Positions 17,306 to 26,609 of a stretch of DNA of 64,000 nt are shown in pieces. The first letter of the stretch is position 1, and the number at the start of each line of letters is the position of its first letter. The position numbers and the translations under genes were made by a program. The notes under the pieces were generated by a model. The model was not told where the DNA came from, did no database searches, and worked only from the letters and a program-made list of their open reading frames with translations. The stretch lies in assembly GCA_012842045.1 (NCBI GenBank), contig DUTP01000003.1, positions 66,532 through 130,531 of the forward strand. The letters run 5' to 3'. Source of the stretch: Candidatus Dojkabacteria bacterium. GTDB lineage: Bacteria; Patescibacteriota; Dojkabacteria; SC72.

Positions 17306-18804
17306 TTCTTTAATTCTTTCTCTAAAGTAATCTTTACCTCTGCTGGATTAGCTGTACCATGTGTTAATTGCATAACCTTACCAACTAAGAAACCAATACT
17401 TGCTTCCTTACCACCTCTGTAGTCATTAGCAGCTTGTGGATTTTCATCAATAACTTGCTTTGCAATATCTTCTAGACTTCCAACAGACTCCTTAGCACTT
17501 TTAAGTTTCTCAATCGCTTTTGATATATCAATATCTTTCTCAATACTCTCATTAAGTAATTCCTCTGCTTTGTTCTTTGTAAATACACCTTCTCTAAAAG
17601 CAACGATTAGTAAAGCTAAATCATCTCCTTTAACACCTGTTTCTGTAATATCTTTACCTTTCTTGTTTGCAATTGCATATAGTGGACCCATTATCCAATT
17701 TGAAGCCTCTGTAGCTGCATCTTTATCATCCATATGATCTGAGAGTTTCTTCTGGAGCTTCTCAAAATATTCGGCACTCTCTTTTGATGAAGCGATAACA
17801 TCAGCAGCATACTCTGTTAGTTTCCAATCTTTTACATACCTCTCTATCTTCTCATTTGGTAATTCAACTAACTCTTTTTTGATCCTTTCAATATCTTCCT
17901 TAGATACATCAATTATTGGAATATCTGGATCTGGCATATATCGATAGTCTTCAGCTTTTTCTTTACTTCTTTGGAACTCTGTAACACCTCTAGAAGCATT
18001 CCACCCTCTTGTCTGTTGTTTCAATTCTTTACCTTCTTCTAACTCTTCAACCATTCTCTTTACTTCATACTCAATTGCTTTCTCTACTGCTGTAATTGAA
18101 CCAATGTTCTTTACTTCTGTTTTAGGATTTAGTTTGTAGACACCAATTGCTAGTATCTTGCCATCTTTGTATTCCCATTTACCTTTCTCTTGGATTGAGA
18201 TATTTGGTTCACATCTCATCTGCCCCTTCTCCATATCAGCATCGGAGACGTTTAGGTATCTAGCAATCTGTCTAATCTTAGTAGCATAGTCTTTAGCATC
18301 TTTAGCACTTCTAATATTTGGTTTTGTAACAATCTCCATTAAAGGAACACTTGATTTGTTGAAATCTACTAACATATATGTTTTACCAGTAGAAGCTTCT
18401 ACATGATGTGTAGATTTACCAACATCTTCTTCTGGATGTATTCTCTCTATCTCAACCTTTGCACCACTAGGTACTTCTACATATCCATTTGAACACAAAG
18501 GATTCTCTCCTTGCGTAATTTGATATCCTTTAGGTAGGTCAGGGTAGGTGTAATGCTTTCTATCAAACTGTATCTCAGAAGCAATCTTACAATTTGTTCC
18601 TAAACCCATAAGGATGCAGAGCTCTAGTGCTCTTTGATTTGGTTCAGGAGTACCACCAAGTCCTAAACACATAGGACATACTTGTGTATTTGGTTCTTTC
18701 TGAAAGTATTCAGCAGGACATGAACAGAACATCTTAGACTTAGTTTTAGTCTGTACATGTATCTCTAAACCAATGATTACATCATATTTATCTAAATTTG
18801 CCAT
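17302..18804 (-). CDS. gatB: Asp-tRNA(Asn)/Glu-tRNA(Gln) amidotransferase subunit B
   Basis: N-terminal VIIGLEIHVQ...MFCSC, the GatB catalytic body, and a C-terminal GatB/YqeY helical domain. Confidence 0.9.
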   Translation of the reverse strand: MANLDKYDVIIGLEIHVQTKTKSKMFCSCPAEYFQKEPNTQVCPMCLGLGGTPEPNQRALELCILMGLGTNCKIASEIQFDRKHYTYPDLPKGYQITQGENPLCSNGYVEVPSGAKVEIERIHPEEDVGKSTHHVEASTGKTYMLVDFNKSSVPLMEIVTKPNIRSAKDAKDYATKIRQIARYLNVSDADMEKGQMRCEPNISIQEKGKWEYKDGKILAIGVYKLNPKTEVKNIGSITAVEKAIEYEVKRMVEELEEGKELKQQTRGWNASRGVTEFQRSKEKAEDYRYMPDPDIPIIDVSKEDIERIKKELVELPNEKIERYVKDWKLTEYAADVIASSKESAEYFEKLQKKLSDHMDDKDAATEASNWIMGPLYAIANKKGKDITETGVKGDDLALLIVAFREGVFTKNKAEELLNESIEKDIDISKAIEKLKSAKESVGSLEDIAKQVIDENPQAANDYRGGKEASIGFLVGKVMQLTHGTANPAEVKITLEKELKK

Positions 18805-18831
18805 GTGGAAATACTACCAGTTTTTTCTAAA

Positions 18832-19914
18832 CTATTCAATTATCGGTACCATTCTATCTTCCTTCTCTAACATCTTCTTACTTAATGTATAGAATGTTGC
18901 TTTACCTTTACCTTTTTGTGTTAGATATCCCTTTTCAATCATATCTTTCACATCTCTAAAACAAGTCATAAAGGAAACACCTAGAAGGTCTACTAATTGA
19001 CTTCTATTTACTTTCTGATTAAGTGAAAGAAAATCTAAAATCTGTATCTGTCTTGGAGTTAAGTATAGTTCTAATGACCCCTGTTTCTTAACCTTTTGAG
19101 TATATGTATCTTTAAATTCTTTTGAAACTTCTAGAGATGTAAGTGAGATTGTGTAAAGAAATGCTTCTAGGAAAGGAGTAAGGTCTAGTTTTGGTTTTGT
19201 CATTTTATGTGCAGCTAGTAAGTCCTCTGAGATATATTCAATGGATTTAAAGTAAGGGAATATATTATCTGGATTGTAATCATATTTCTTTGCAAGAATC
19301 TCAGCTACTAGTATTGCTGTAATTTGATTTCCTGCTGTAAAAGGAGCTTTATCTAGAAACTCATATATCATTACACCTATTTTAATCAATTTATGATTGT
19401 TATCAGAAGCGTTCTGTATCCAATCAAAGAGTTCATTGAAATGTGCCGTTATATCAAGATTAGGATAGAAATCTCTATTTTTGTACCATGTATCATATAT
19501 CTCATTTGGCTTTTCAGAGAAACCTCTCAACTTTCCTACATCCCAATCATCTACAACATCTTTAAGTATTAATCTGTTTAAGTGCATAGCTAATTCAATT
19601 GATGGTTTCAAGGATGATCTATTGTTGTATGACCTTAGGAAATCTTTAGCATTTCTAAAGTTTGTAAATATCTTTAACTTCTTTCTTTCAGAAGGTGTTT
19701 CTTGTCCTCTCTGTATTATCAATGATTTGTTGTAACCAATTGGGGAAGCAACTAAGCTACTCATTTTCATAATGTCTTCAGTTGCATATTTCTCTTCTAT
19801 GATACTCTTGTATTTCTCAGGAAGAGGATTGTATTTAATATCCTTGATAGCTAGTTCATATTTAACTATATAGTCTAGCATTAGGTTTGTTAGTGTATAT
19901 TTTGGTGTTTTCAT
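18832..19914 (-). CDS. Fic/Fido-fold protein with degenerate catalytic motif (APFTAGNQITA instead of HPFx[DE]GNGR) and a C-terminal winged-HTH
   Basis: Fido-like helical core. Only the P-F and G-N positions of the Fic motif are retained. The C-terminal LTPRQIQILDFL...LVDLLGVS resembles a wHTH. Start trimmed to MKTPKY because the longer ORF overlaps tRNA-Thr. Confidence 0.5.
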   Translation of the reverse strand: MKTPKYTLTNLMLDYIVKYELAIKDIKYNPLPEKYKSIIEEKYATEDIMKMSSLVASPIGYNKSLIIQRGQETPSERKKLKIFTNFRNAKDFLRSYNNRSSLKPSIELAMHLNRLILKDVVDDWDVGKLRGFSEKPNEIYDTWYKNRDFYPNLDITAHFNELFDWIQNASDNNHKLIKIGVMIYEFLDKAPFTAGNQITAILVAEILAKKYDYNPDNIFPYFKSIEYISEDLLAAHKMTKPKLDLTPFLEAFLYTISLTSLEVSKEFKDTYTQKVKKQGSLELYLTPRQIQILDFLSLNQKVNRSQLVDLLGVSFMTCFRDVKDMIEKGYLTQKGKGKATFYTLSKKMLEKEDRMVPIIE

Positions 19915-19928
19915 AATTGTAAAACAGA

Positions 19929-20001
19929 AGCTGGTAGATGGTCTCGAACCATCGACCTGTCCCTTACGAAGGGAATGCTCTACCAACTGAGCTATACCAG
20001 C
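19929..20001 (-). tRNA. tRNA-Thr (anticodon CGT), no encoded CCA
   Basis: The reverse complement is GCTGGTATAGCTCAGTTGGTAGAGCATTCCCTTCGTAAGGGACAGGTCGATGGTTCGAGACCATCTACCAGC. Anticodon loop TTCGTAA. There is a T-C mismatch at positions 27-43. Confidence 0.85.
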
Positions 20002-20035
20002 ATTTGTAACATGAATTGTAACAAAGAATTAAGAA

Positions 20036-20767
20036 GTGTACAATACATATGTGAAGAAAAAAGTATTTTTGTATCTATATCCAATTCAAGAGTTTTTTGA
20101 TACTTCTTTTCATCCTGAAGAATTTTATAGAAGTTTTGGTTTAAAGTACCCTTTTCCCATTTTAAATGAATGTATTCAAAAGCGATATCGGGAAAAAGGA
20201 TATGAAGTTGTTTTTGCTACCTATCCTGACAGGGAGGTAAAAGTTGTAGACGTCAAAAATGAAGACAGAGTTATCCTAACAGATATAACTTTTAAAGAAG
20301 CTTCTGGTTATTATGAAGATGGTAGTGAGAAGTCGAGGGATGAGATTAGGTACCCAGATTCTAAATTTCTAATAGATCAATTAGGGGAAATAGATAGTTT
20401 GGTTGTGGGTGGCTTTCATGCATGTGATTGTGTTAAAAGAGTTGCTGACTATGCTTATGATATAGGGATTGATACACTTGTTGATTATGAACTAACTGAA
20501 TCTTTTGGTTATTATTTAAAACAGGAGTTTTTTGAAATAGATAAATATAATCCAGCGAATATTAGGGAACTTATAAGATACTATGCATTTACAGACTATA
20601 AATCTGAAGAGAGAAGAAATGATTATTTAGAGAGATTTAAAAACAATTTTTCTCCTGTATATCATTTTTTCGATGAGAGATATACTCCTACTGTAACTGC
20701 AGAAGAGATGATTGCAAGAGAATATCAAGAAGATATTGAAAGGCAACAGAGTGAGAGAACTAATTAA
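20036..20767 (+). CDS. Hypothetical protein (243 aa)
   Basis: Good-sized ORF with no recognisable motif. Confidence 0.4.
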   Translation: MYNTYVKKKVFLYLYPIQEFFDTSFHPEEFYRSFGLKYPFPILNECIQKRYREKGYEVVFATYPDREVKVVDVKNEDRVILTDITFKEASGYYEDGSEKSRDEIRYPDSKFLIDQLGEIDSLVVGGFHACDCVKRVADYAYDIGIDTLVDYELTESFGYYLKQEFFEIDKYNPANIRELIRYYAFTDYKSEERRNDYLERFKNNFSPVYHFFDERYTPTVTAEEMIAREYQEDIERQQSERTN

Positions 20768-20787
20768 TTTTATTGTATAATTAAAAC

Positions 20788-21315
20788 ATGGAAACAAAAA
20801 ATAAAAAATACAATCTAGAAAGAAAAGACAGAATTAGTTGGGATGTTTACTTCATGGCTATAGCTAAACTCTCTGCTATGAGAAGTAAAGATCCTAGTAC
20901 TCAGGTTGGTGCATGCATAGTAGGTAGTGATAACAGGATACTATCAATAGGTTACAATGGAGCACCTAATAGTTGGAAAGATGAGAGTTTTCCTTGGGAT
21001 AGAGAAGGTGAATATTTAGAAACTAAATATCCGTATGTTGTACATGCTGAGAGAAATGCAATGTTAAATTACAGAGGTAGTAACAAGGATATGGAAGGGG
21101 CAAGACTATATGTAGACCTTTTCCCATGTAATGAATGTGCAAAGGGGATAGTTCAAGTAGGAATTAAAGAGGTAGTGTATCTCTCGGATAAATATGCTAA
21201 TACAGACTCTGTAATAGCATCAAAGAGACTATTTGATGAATGTGGTGTGAAGTATAGACAGTTAGATAAAGATTGTCAGGTTAAGTTAAAGATAGATTTG
21301 TGTAATAAGGAATAG
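20788..21315 (+). CDS. dCMP/CMP deaminase (zinc-dependent, ComEB-like)
   Basis: HAERNAM (zinc-binding H..E) and PCNECAKGI (PCxxC) cytidine/deoxycytidylate deaminase motifs. Confidence 0.75.
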   Translation: METKNKKYNLERKDRISWDVYFMAIAKLSAMRSKDPSTQVGACIVGSDNRILSIGYNGAPNSWKDESFPWDREGEYLETKYPYVVHAERNAMLNYRGSNKDMEGARLYVDLFPCNECAKGIVQVGIKEVVYLSDKYANTDSVIASKRLFDECGVKYRQLDKDCQVKLKIDLCNKE

Positions 21316-21321
21316 AAGTTT

Positions 21322-21903
21322 ATGGAAACATTCTATCTAGAACTTCCCACTTTAGAAAGAAAACAAGAAGCTATTGACTATATCACCGAACATAATGATG
21401 CTAAATCAAATATTAATGGTAGTGGTGGTTTGGATAAAGGATTTACTGATTATGAAGCTTGGTTAAAAAAGATAAAATTAGAGGAAGATCCAAAAACCTG
21501 TTCTCCAGATAGAGCACCGGCTTACACATATTTCTTCATTAGAGAGAATGATGACAAGATAATCGGTATGGTAAATCTACGCTACATATTAACAGACTTT
21601 CTTTTAAAATATGCTGGGAATATTGGTTATGGTATACGACCTACAGAGAGAGAAAAAGGGTATAGTAAGATACTTCTCTATTTAGTTCTACAGAAATGTA
21701 AAGAATTAAATCTTGAGAAGGTCTTGTTATCTGCTGATGAAAGTAATCCAGCTTCTTGGAAGACCATAGAAGCATTGGGTGGGGTATTAGAAAACAAGGT
21801 ACCTAATATATATGAAGAGGGAGAGATATTATGTAGATATTGGATTAATATTAAGGGGAGTTTGGAGAAGTACAAGGAGGAATATTCAAAATATATCTTG
21901 TAA
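21322..21903 (+). CDS. GNAT-family N-acetyltransferase
   Basis: Acetyl-CoA-binding region IGYGIRPTEREKGYSKILL (R/Q-x-x-G-x-G/A motif A). Confidence 0.55.
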   Translation: METFYLELPTLERKQEAIDYITEHNDAKSNINGSGGLDKGFTDYEAWLKKIKLEEDPKTCSPDRAPAYTYFFIRENDDKIIGMVNLRYILTDFLLKYAGNIGYGIRPTEREKGYSKILLYLVLQKCKELNLEKVLLSADESNPASWKTIEALGGVLENKVPNIYEEGEILCRYWINIKGSLEKYKEEYSKYIL

Positions 21904-21925
21904 ATTAGAAAAAAAGTAAAGACTT

Positions 21926-22831
21926 ATGAATGAAAAGAAATTAATCAGAACAGTTGAAGAGTTTTTAGATGTTAAGATAGAAGAAATTCAAACTCCTCCA
22001 CAAGGTATGGATAGCAAAGTTCTTTTTGTTGTTGATCAAGAACGAAAAGAATATGTTATCAAGTTAAGTGAGGGAGCTCTTGTAGATGCTAAGGCATATG
22101 AGCTTTTAGCCCAAAATGATGTTAAAATTCCTGTTCCAAAATTATTTGGTATGTTTGACTTTGATAACAAACCAGTAATAATTATGGAAAGAATACAATT
22201 CCCACTACTAGAGAGTATTCCAGTCAAACAGATGAGTAACTATATCTCATCAATGATTAAAAATCTTAAATTGATCCATAAAGTTAAGTCTCAAAAGAGT
22301 GGTTTTCTTAATAATTTAGATAGTAAGAAAAGTTGGAAGGAACACCTCTTATCGAAGTTTAATGGTACAGATTCAGAACTTAATTGGGAGGAGATAAGTA
22401 ATAGGGAAGGGATTGATAAAGAACTTGTTTTATCTGCAGTAGAAAAAATTAGAGATGAAATTTCTAATACAATAATGATAGATTCCAATTATTCATTAAT
22501 TCATACAGATTTTAATCAAAGAAATCTTTTTGTTGATACTAAGACTAAAGAAATTGCAGGAATTATAGATTGGGGAGAAGCTATGTTTGGTGACCCTATT
22601 TTTGATTTTGCAAGAGTACGTATGTATATCTGGCATTTTGATTTAGGACAGGATGTTGTAGAGAATTACTACAATATTATGAACTACACAGAGAGTGAAA
22701 GACATTTAGACAACCTTTATTGGTTTACAAGAGTTGTGGAATATTTAGCATATTACTCTGAAGAACTAAACGAGTTTAATCTTGATAGAATTAATATGCA
22801 TCAGAAATTCTTAAGGAAAAACTTTGTATAG
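21926..22831 (+). CDS. Aminoglycoside/choline-type phosphotransferase (APH/ChoK-family kinase fold)
   Basis: Brenner motif LIHTDFNQRNLFVD and IDWGEAMFGDPIFDFA (the DxG/DFG equivalent). Confidence 0.6.
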   Translation: MNEKKLIRTVEEFLDVKIEEIQTPPQGMDSKVLFVVDQERKEYVIKLSEGALVDAKAYELLAQNDVKIPVPKLFGMFDFDNKPVIIMERIQFPLLESIPVKQMSNYISSMIKNLKLIHKVKSQKSGFLNNLDSKKSWKEHLLSKFNGTDSELNWEEISNREGIDKELVLSAVEKIRDEISNTIMIDSNYSLIHTDFNQRNLFVDTKTKEIAGIIDWGEAMFGDPIFDFARVRMYIWHFDLGQDVVENYYNIMNYTESERHLDNLYWFTRVVEYLAYYSEELNEFNLDRINMHQKFLRKNFV

Positions 22832-22838
22832 ATAGTCT

Positions 22839-23165
22839 CTATTTCCTCTTTATTTTAATATCATAGTACTGTTCTTGGAAATGAGTTTGTTCTATGATTT
22901 CTTCATCAGTAAAGTCCATACCTTCTGGAGCAGCTACCCACTTCTCTTCAATATCATTATTTCTGTGTATAATTGCAATTATTTTCCCTTCCCATTCCTT
23001 TAGTGGTTTATCTGGACCTAGTATATATACATCTTGTTCTTCACCATCTCCTCCCTTTACTCCCTCAATATATCCATAGTTAACAGAATATTTAATATTA
23101 GGATGTTTTGGATGAACAGACCCCATTGGTCTATCAACAATAACCTTTACTGTTTCTCCTATCAT
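22839..23165 (-). CDS. Short inorganic pyrophosphatase-like protein (family I PPase core lacking the N-terminal ~50 aa)
   Basis: VIVDRPMGS...NYGYIEGVKGGDGEEQDVYILG parallels E. coli PPase FVDRFM...[20 protein letters not shown]. Confidence 0.45.
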   Translation of the reverse strand: MIGETVKVIVDRPMGSVHPKHPNIKYSVNYGYIEGVKGGDGEEQDVYILGPDKPLKEWEGKIIAIIHRNNDIEEKWVAAPEGMDFTDEEIIEQTHFQEQYYDIKIKRK

Positions 23166-23187
23166 ATGATTATATGGCTATTTTAAA

Positions 23188-23260
23188 AGCGAGAGACGGG
23201 GCTCGAACCCGCGACCTTCTCCTTGGGAAGGAGACATTCTACCAACTGAACTACTCTCGC
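23188..23260 (-). tRNA. tRNA-Gly (anticodon CCC), no encoded CCA
   Basis: The reverse complement is GCGAGAGTAGTTCAGTTGGTAGAATGTCTCCTTCCCAAGGAGAAGGTCGCGGGTTCGAGCCCCGTCTCTCGC plus discriminator U. Anticodon stem TCTCC/GGAGA with loop TTCCCAA. G1-C72, C2-G71, G3-C70 and U73 are Gly identity elements. Confidence 0.85.
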
Positions 23261-23325
23261 ATATAGGTATTCTACTAAGAAAAAGGGAGTATTTCTACTC
23301 CCTCTATATTTCTTATCTACAGAAA

Positions 23326-23703
23326 CTAAGCAGCTATCTGTTTCTTTACATCATTCCAGTCTTCTTTTAACTGCTCTCCTAGCTTCTTAGCAGCTTCTCC
23401 TGTTGCTTCTCCACTCTCTTTAAAGCTATCAACAATCTCAGCAACTATCTTCTTGTAATCCTCTGCATTGATACTTTTTCCAGCCTTTTTAATATTCTCT
23501 ATCTTCTTAGCAACTTCTTTCTTTGCTTTCTTCAAAAGAGCTTCTCCTTGTTCCTTTGTTTTCTTTGCAAACTTTTTAATATCCTCTCTGGTTTCTTTTC
23601 CAGATTTTGGTGCTAAAAGAACACCTGCTGCTGCTCCTGCTAATGCTCCGAGTGCAACTCCTGCAGCTACTTTTCCTGCTACATTTTGTTTTTTGTCTGA
23701 CAT
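23326..23703 (-). CDS. YtxH-like (DUF948) stress protein
   Basis: N-terminal hydrophobic helix with LLAPKSGKETREDIK, then a K/E-rich coiled region. Confidence 0.5.
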   Translation of the reverse strand: MSDKKQNVAGKVAAGVALGALAGAAAGVLLAPKSGKETREDIKKFAKKTKEQGEALLKKAKKEVAKKIENIKKAGKSINAEDYKKIVAEIVDSFKESGEATGEAAKKLGEQLKEDWNDVKKQIAA

Positions 23704-23728
23704 AGTTAATTAATTAAAAATTTAAATA

Positions 23729-24025
23729 TTAAAACTTAATAAACTTGAATATGAGGTATGCAATTATTATCAAAATAGAGGGTATTAGTATAGCTAATAG
23801 GATTGTACCAAATGGGAACTGAGGAACTTCAGTTTGTTCTTTTGTCTCTACAGTTTTAGTGTCTTCTTGTTCCTCTGTTTCTAGATTTTCTACTTCTTTT
23901 ACACTCTCAATTGTTTCTTCTTGGTCTAGTTGTATTATATTTTCTTGTGCATATGTATACTTACCAGAAAAACCTGTTATTACGATGAAAACTAAAACTG
24001 TTAGGAATGTTTTTATCTTACCCAT
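23729..24025 (-). CDS. Small secreted/membrane-anchored acidic protein, hypothetical
   Basis: Signal-peptide-like N-terminus, E/Q/T-rich middle, C-terminal TM. Confidence 0.35.
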   Translation of the reverse strand: MGKIKTFLTVLVFIVITGFSGKYTYAQENIIQLDQEETIESVKEVENLETEEQEDTKTVETKEQTEVPQFPFGTILLAILIPSILIIIAYLIFKFIKF

Positions 24026-24031
24026 ATATAT

Positions 24032-24670
24032 ATGTTAACATATATCTCTATGACATATCCAGATACAAAAAAAGAAGAAGAATTATGGTCTAAGGGATTT
24101 AAATATGTAGTTGGTATTGATGAAGCTGGTAGAGGTCCACTAGCAGGTCCTGTTGTAGTAGCAGGTGTGGTCATTGTAAATCATGATGATGTTGTTGATA
24201 GTGTTAGGGATAGTAAGAAGATGACAAAGAAAAAGAGAGAGGAAGCATTTGAATTAATTAAAGAGAAATCATTTGCATACGGTATCGGTATCATTAGCTC
24301 TAAGGAGATAGATAGGGTGGGAATTAAGTATGCTGTTAGGAATGGTATGAAGAAGGTTGTTGAGGAGATAGAAGAGAAGTTGAAAGAAAAAGTAAACTAT
24401 ATTATCTCTGATGGTGCTGTTTATCCAATTAAGGGCTATGATATGGAAATTATTGATAGAGGTGATACTCTACATTACAGTATTGCAGCAGCATCTATAT
24501 TAGCAAAAGTGACTAGGGATAGAATAATGGAGGAGTACTCTAAACAGTATCCTGTATATGGTTTTGAAAGAAATGCTGGTTATGGTACTAAGGAACATTT
24601 GGAGAGTATTAAGGAATATGGTATATGTGAGATACATAGAAAGAGTTTTAAACCTTGTAATCTGTACTAG
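24032..24670 (+). CDS. rnhB: Ribonuclease HII
   Basis: GIDEAGRGPLAGPVVVAGV catalytic DEAGRG motif. Confidence 0.85.
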   Translation: MLTYISMTYPDTKKEEELWSKGFKYVVGIDEAGRGPLAGPVVVAGVVIVNHDDVVDSVRDSKKMTKKKREEAFELIKEKSFAYGIGIISSKEIDRVGIKYAVRNGMKKVVEEIEEKLKEKVNYIISDGAVYPIKGYDMEIIDRGDTLHYSIAAASILAKVTRDRIMEEYSKQYPVYGFERNAGYGTKEHLESIKEYGICEIHRKSFKPCNLY

Positions 24671-24699
24671 GAAGGTAGTATAATGGCATGTTTTAGTAT

Positions 24700-24773
24700 G
24701 GGGTGCTAGCTCATCAGGTTAGAGCAACTGCCTTTTAAGCAGTTGGTGCTGGGTTCGAGTCCCAGGCACCTCA
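24700..24773 (+). tRNA. tRNA-Lys (anticodon TTT), no encoded CCA
   Basis: GGGGTGCTAGCTCATCAGGTTAGAGCAACTGCCTTTTAAGCAGTTGGTGCTGGGTTCGAGTCCCAGGCACCTCA. Anticodon stem ACTGC/GCAGT with loop CTTTTAA. Confidence 0.85.
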
Positions 24774-24902
24774 TTTTTAAACATTATTTCCCTATTTTTA
24801 ATCTTAAAACTATTTTGTAGGAATTTTAGAGAGTGAAACTCATATGGCAGTGTGACAGTACATGTTACGAGATCCACTCTCTTAAGGTTGTTCTTTGAAT
24901 AT

Positions 24903-25196
24903 TTACAAAAGTTTTTGTGCTTCTAGTAGTTCTTTGTTGCATGATTGCACTCCAACTGGGCTTAATAAGTCATTTCTGTCAAAAATGTTATTCTTAATCT
25001 TTGACGGAACAATGTAAAAAACTCCTTTTTGGGGAGGAGGAAAAGAAGTTCTTCTCTGAGTGGTTATTTCTACTAGAAAGACTATTCCTTTTTTGTTTAT
25101 ATCGACAGTAAACTTACTTTTCCAATAAAACTTACCATTCACAAGTAAAAACAAATCTTTCCCGAGAAGATTAATAATTTCTTCTTTCTTATTCAT
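24903..25196 (-). CDS. Hypothetical protein (97 aa)
   Basis: ORF only. Confidence 0.3.
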   Translation of the reverse strand: MNKKEEIINLLGKDLFLLVNGKFYWKSKFTVDINKKGIVFLVEITTQRRTSFPPPQKGVFYIVPSKIKNNIFDRNDLLSPVGVQSCNKELLEAQKLL

Positions 25197-25426
25197 AATA
25201 ACCTCCTAATTTTTAATGAACAACCCATAGAATTATATCATGAGTGTAAAATATGTAATAGATAGAGCTTCACTTACTTAAGATAGTCCACACCCTTTTT
25301 CTCTTGCTCTAATCCTCATATTATGAAATAATAATATGCAACATTATCATTAATGTATATCCATATTAAAGAAATTGTTGCAACAAAAGCCTTTTTTACT
25401 GCTGTAATAACTTTAGAAACATACAA

Positions 25427-26602
25427 ATGAGAAACACAGGTACAGTTGTAAGGGGAATCAGAACCCCAATTATCAAACATGGTGACAATCTTGTAGATAT
25501 TGTTGTAGATTCATTACTTAGAGCATCTGAAAGCGATGGTTTTAAGTTTAATGACAAAGATGTAGTTGGAATAACAGAAGCAGTTGTATCCATCTGTGAC
25601 TCTAACTATGTAAGTATTGATGATGTTGCTACAGAGATTGAGAAAAAGTTTGGTAGTGAAGAAATAGGTTTAGTATTTCCAATACTAAGTAGAAACAGAT
25701 TCTCCATGATACTTGAAGCTATTCTTAAAGCTTGTAAAAAGGTTCATATTCTTTTCAGTTACCCATCAGATGAAGTAGGTAATCATATTCTTGATCCAAA
25801 AATGATGGAAGATATATGTCTAGATGATTCTTTTGATGAAAAAGAATTTAGAGAGGTATTCGGTTATGATTTTAAACATGAATTTACAGGTTTAGACTAC
25901 ATTGAATACTACAAAAGTTTAGGAAAAGAAGGACAAGTTATTCCTCACTTCTCAAACAATCCAAGAGATATATTAAACTTCACAAAGAATGTTTTAGTTT
26001 GTGATACACATAACAGGAAGAAGACAAAGAGATTGGTTGAAGAAGGTGGTGGAGAGGTTGTATATGGTTTAGAAGATATCTGTAATGAGGTTGTGGAAGG
26101 AAGAGGTTACAATGTAGACTATGGTTTGCTTGGAGCTAATAAGGTGGGAGAGGGGAATATGAAATTGTTTCCTAAAGTTAAAGAAGGAGAAATCTTAGTA
26201 AAAAAGATACAGAAGAAACTATTAGAGAAAACAGGTGCAAAGATAGAAGTAATGATATATGGGGATGGTGCATTTAAGGATCCTGTAGGACAAATATGGG
26301 AGCTAGCAGACCCTGTTGTTTCTCCTGCATATACTGATGGGTTAGTTGGTAGACCAAAAGAGGTAAAACTAAAAGTTATTTCTGAAAATTGGGATGGTAA
26401 GGGTGATATTAAAAAGTGTGTAGAGGATGCTATAAATGAAAAGAAGAGTAAGGAGTACAATGGAAAGAATTCTTTAGGGACAACCCCTAGACAACTCACA
26501 GACCTCCTTGGAAGCCTTATGGACCTTACAAGTGGTAGTGGTGATAAAGGGACTCCTGTTGTGTTAGTACAGGGTTATTTTGATGACTATACATCAAAGT
26601 AG
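25427..26602 (+). CDS. Hypothetical protein with possible CofE-like (F420-0:gamma-glutamyl ligase family) fold
   Basis: The N-terminal GIRTPIIKHGDNLVDIVVDSL...DVVGITEAVVSI parallels CofE P-L-I-K-x-G-D-D-L...GDVLVV.QKIVSK. The C-terminal VMIYGDGAFKDPVG parallels VIITDSHGR. Tentative. Confidence 0.35.
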   Translation: MRNTGTVVRGIRTPIIKHGDNLVDIVVDSLLRASESDGFKFNDKDVVGITEAVVSICDSNYVSIDDVATEIEKKFGSEEIGLVFPILSRNRFSMILEAILKACKKVHILFSYPSDEVGNHILDPKMMEDICLDDSFDEKEFREVFGYDFKHEFTGLDYIEYYKSLGKEGQVIPHFSNNPRDILNFTKNVLVCDTHNRKKTKRLVEEGGGEVVYGLEDICNEVVEGRGYNVDYGLLGANKVGEGNMKLFPKVKEGEILVKKIQKKLLEKTGAKIEVMIYGDGAFKDPVGQIWELADPVVSPAYTDGLVGRPKEVKLKVISENWDGKGDIKKCVEDAINEKKSKEYNGKNSLGTTPRQLTDLLGSLMDLTSGSGDKGTPVVLVQGYFDDYTSK

Positions 26603-26609
26603 GTAAACT

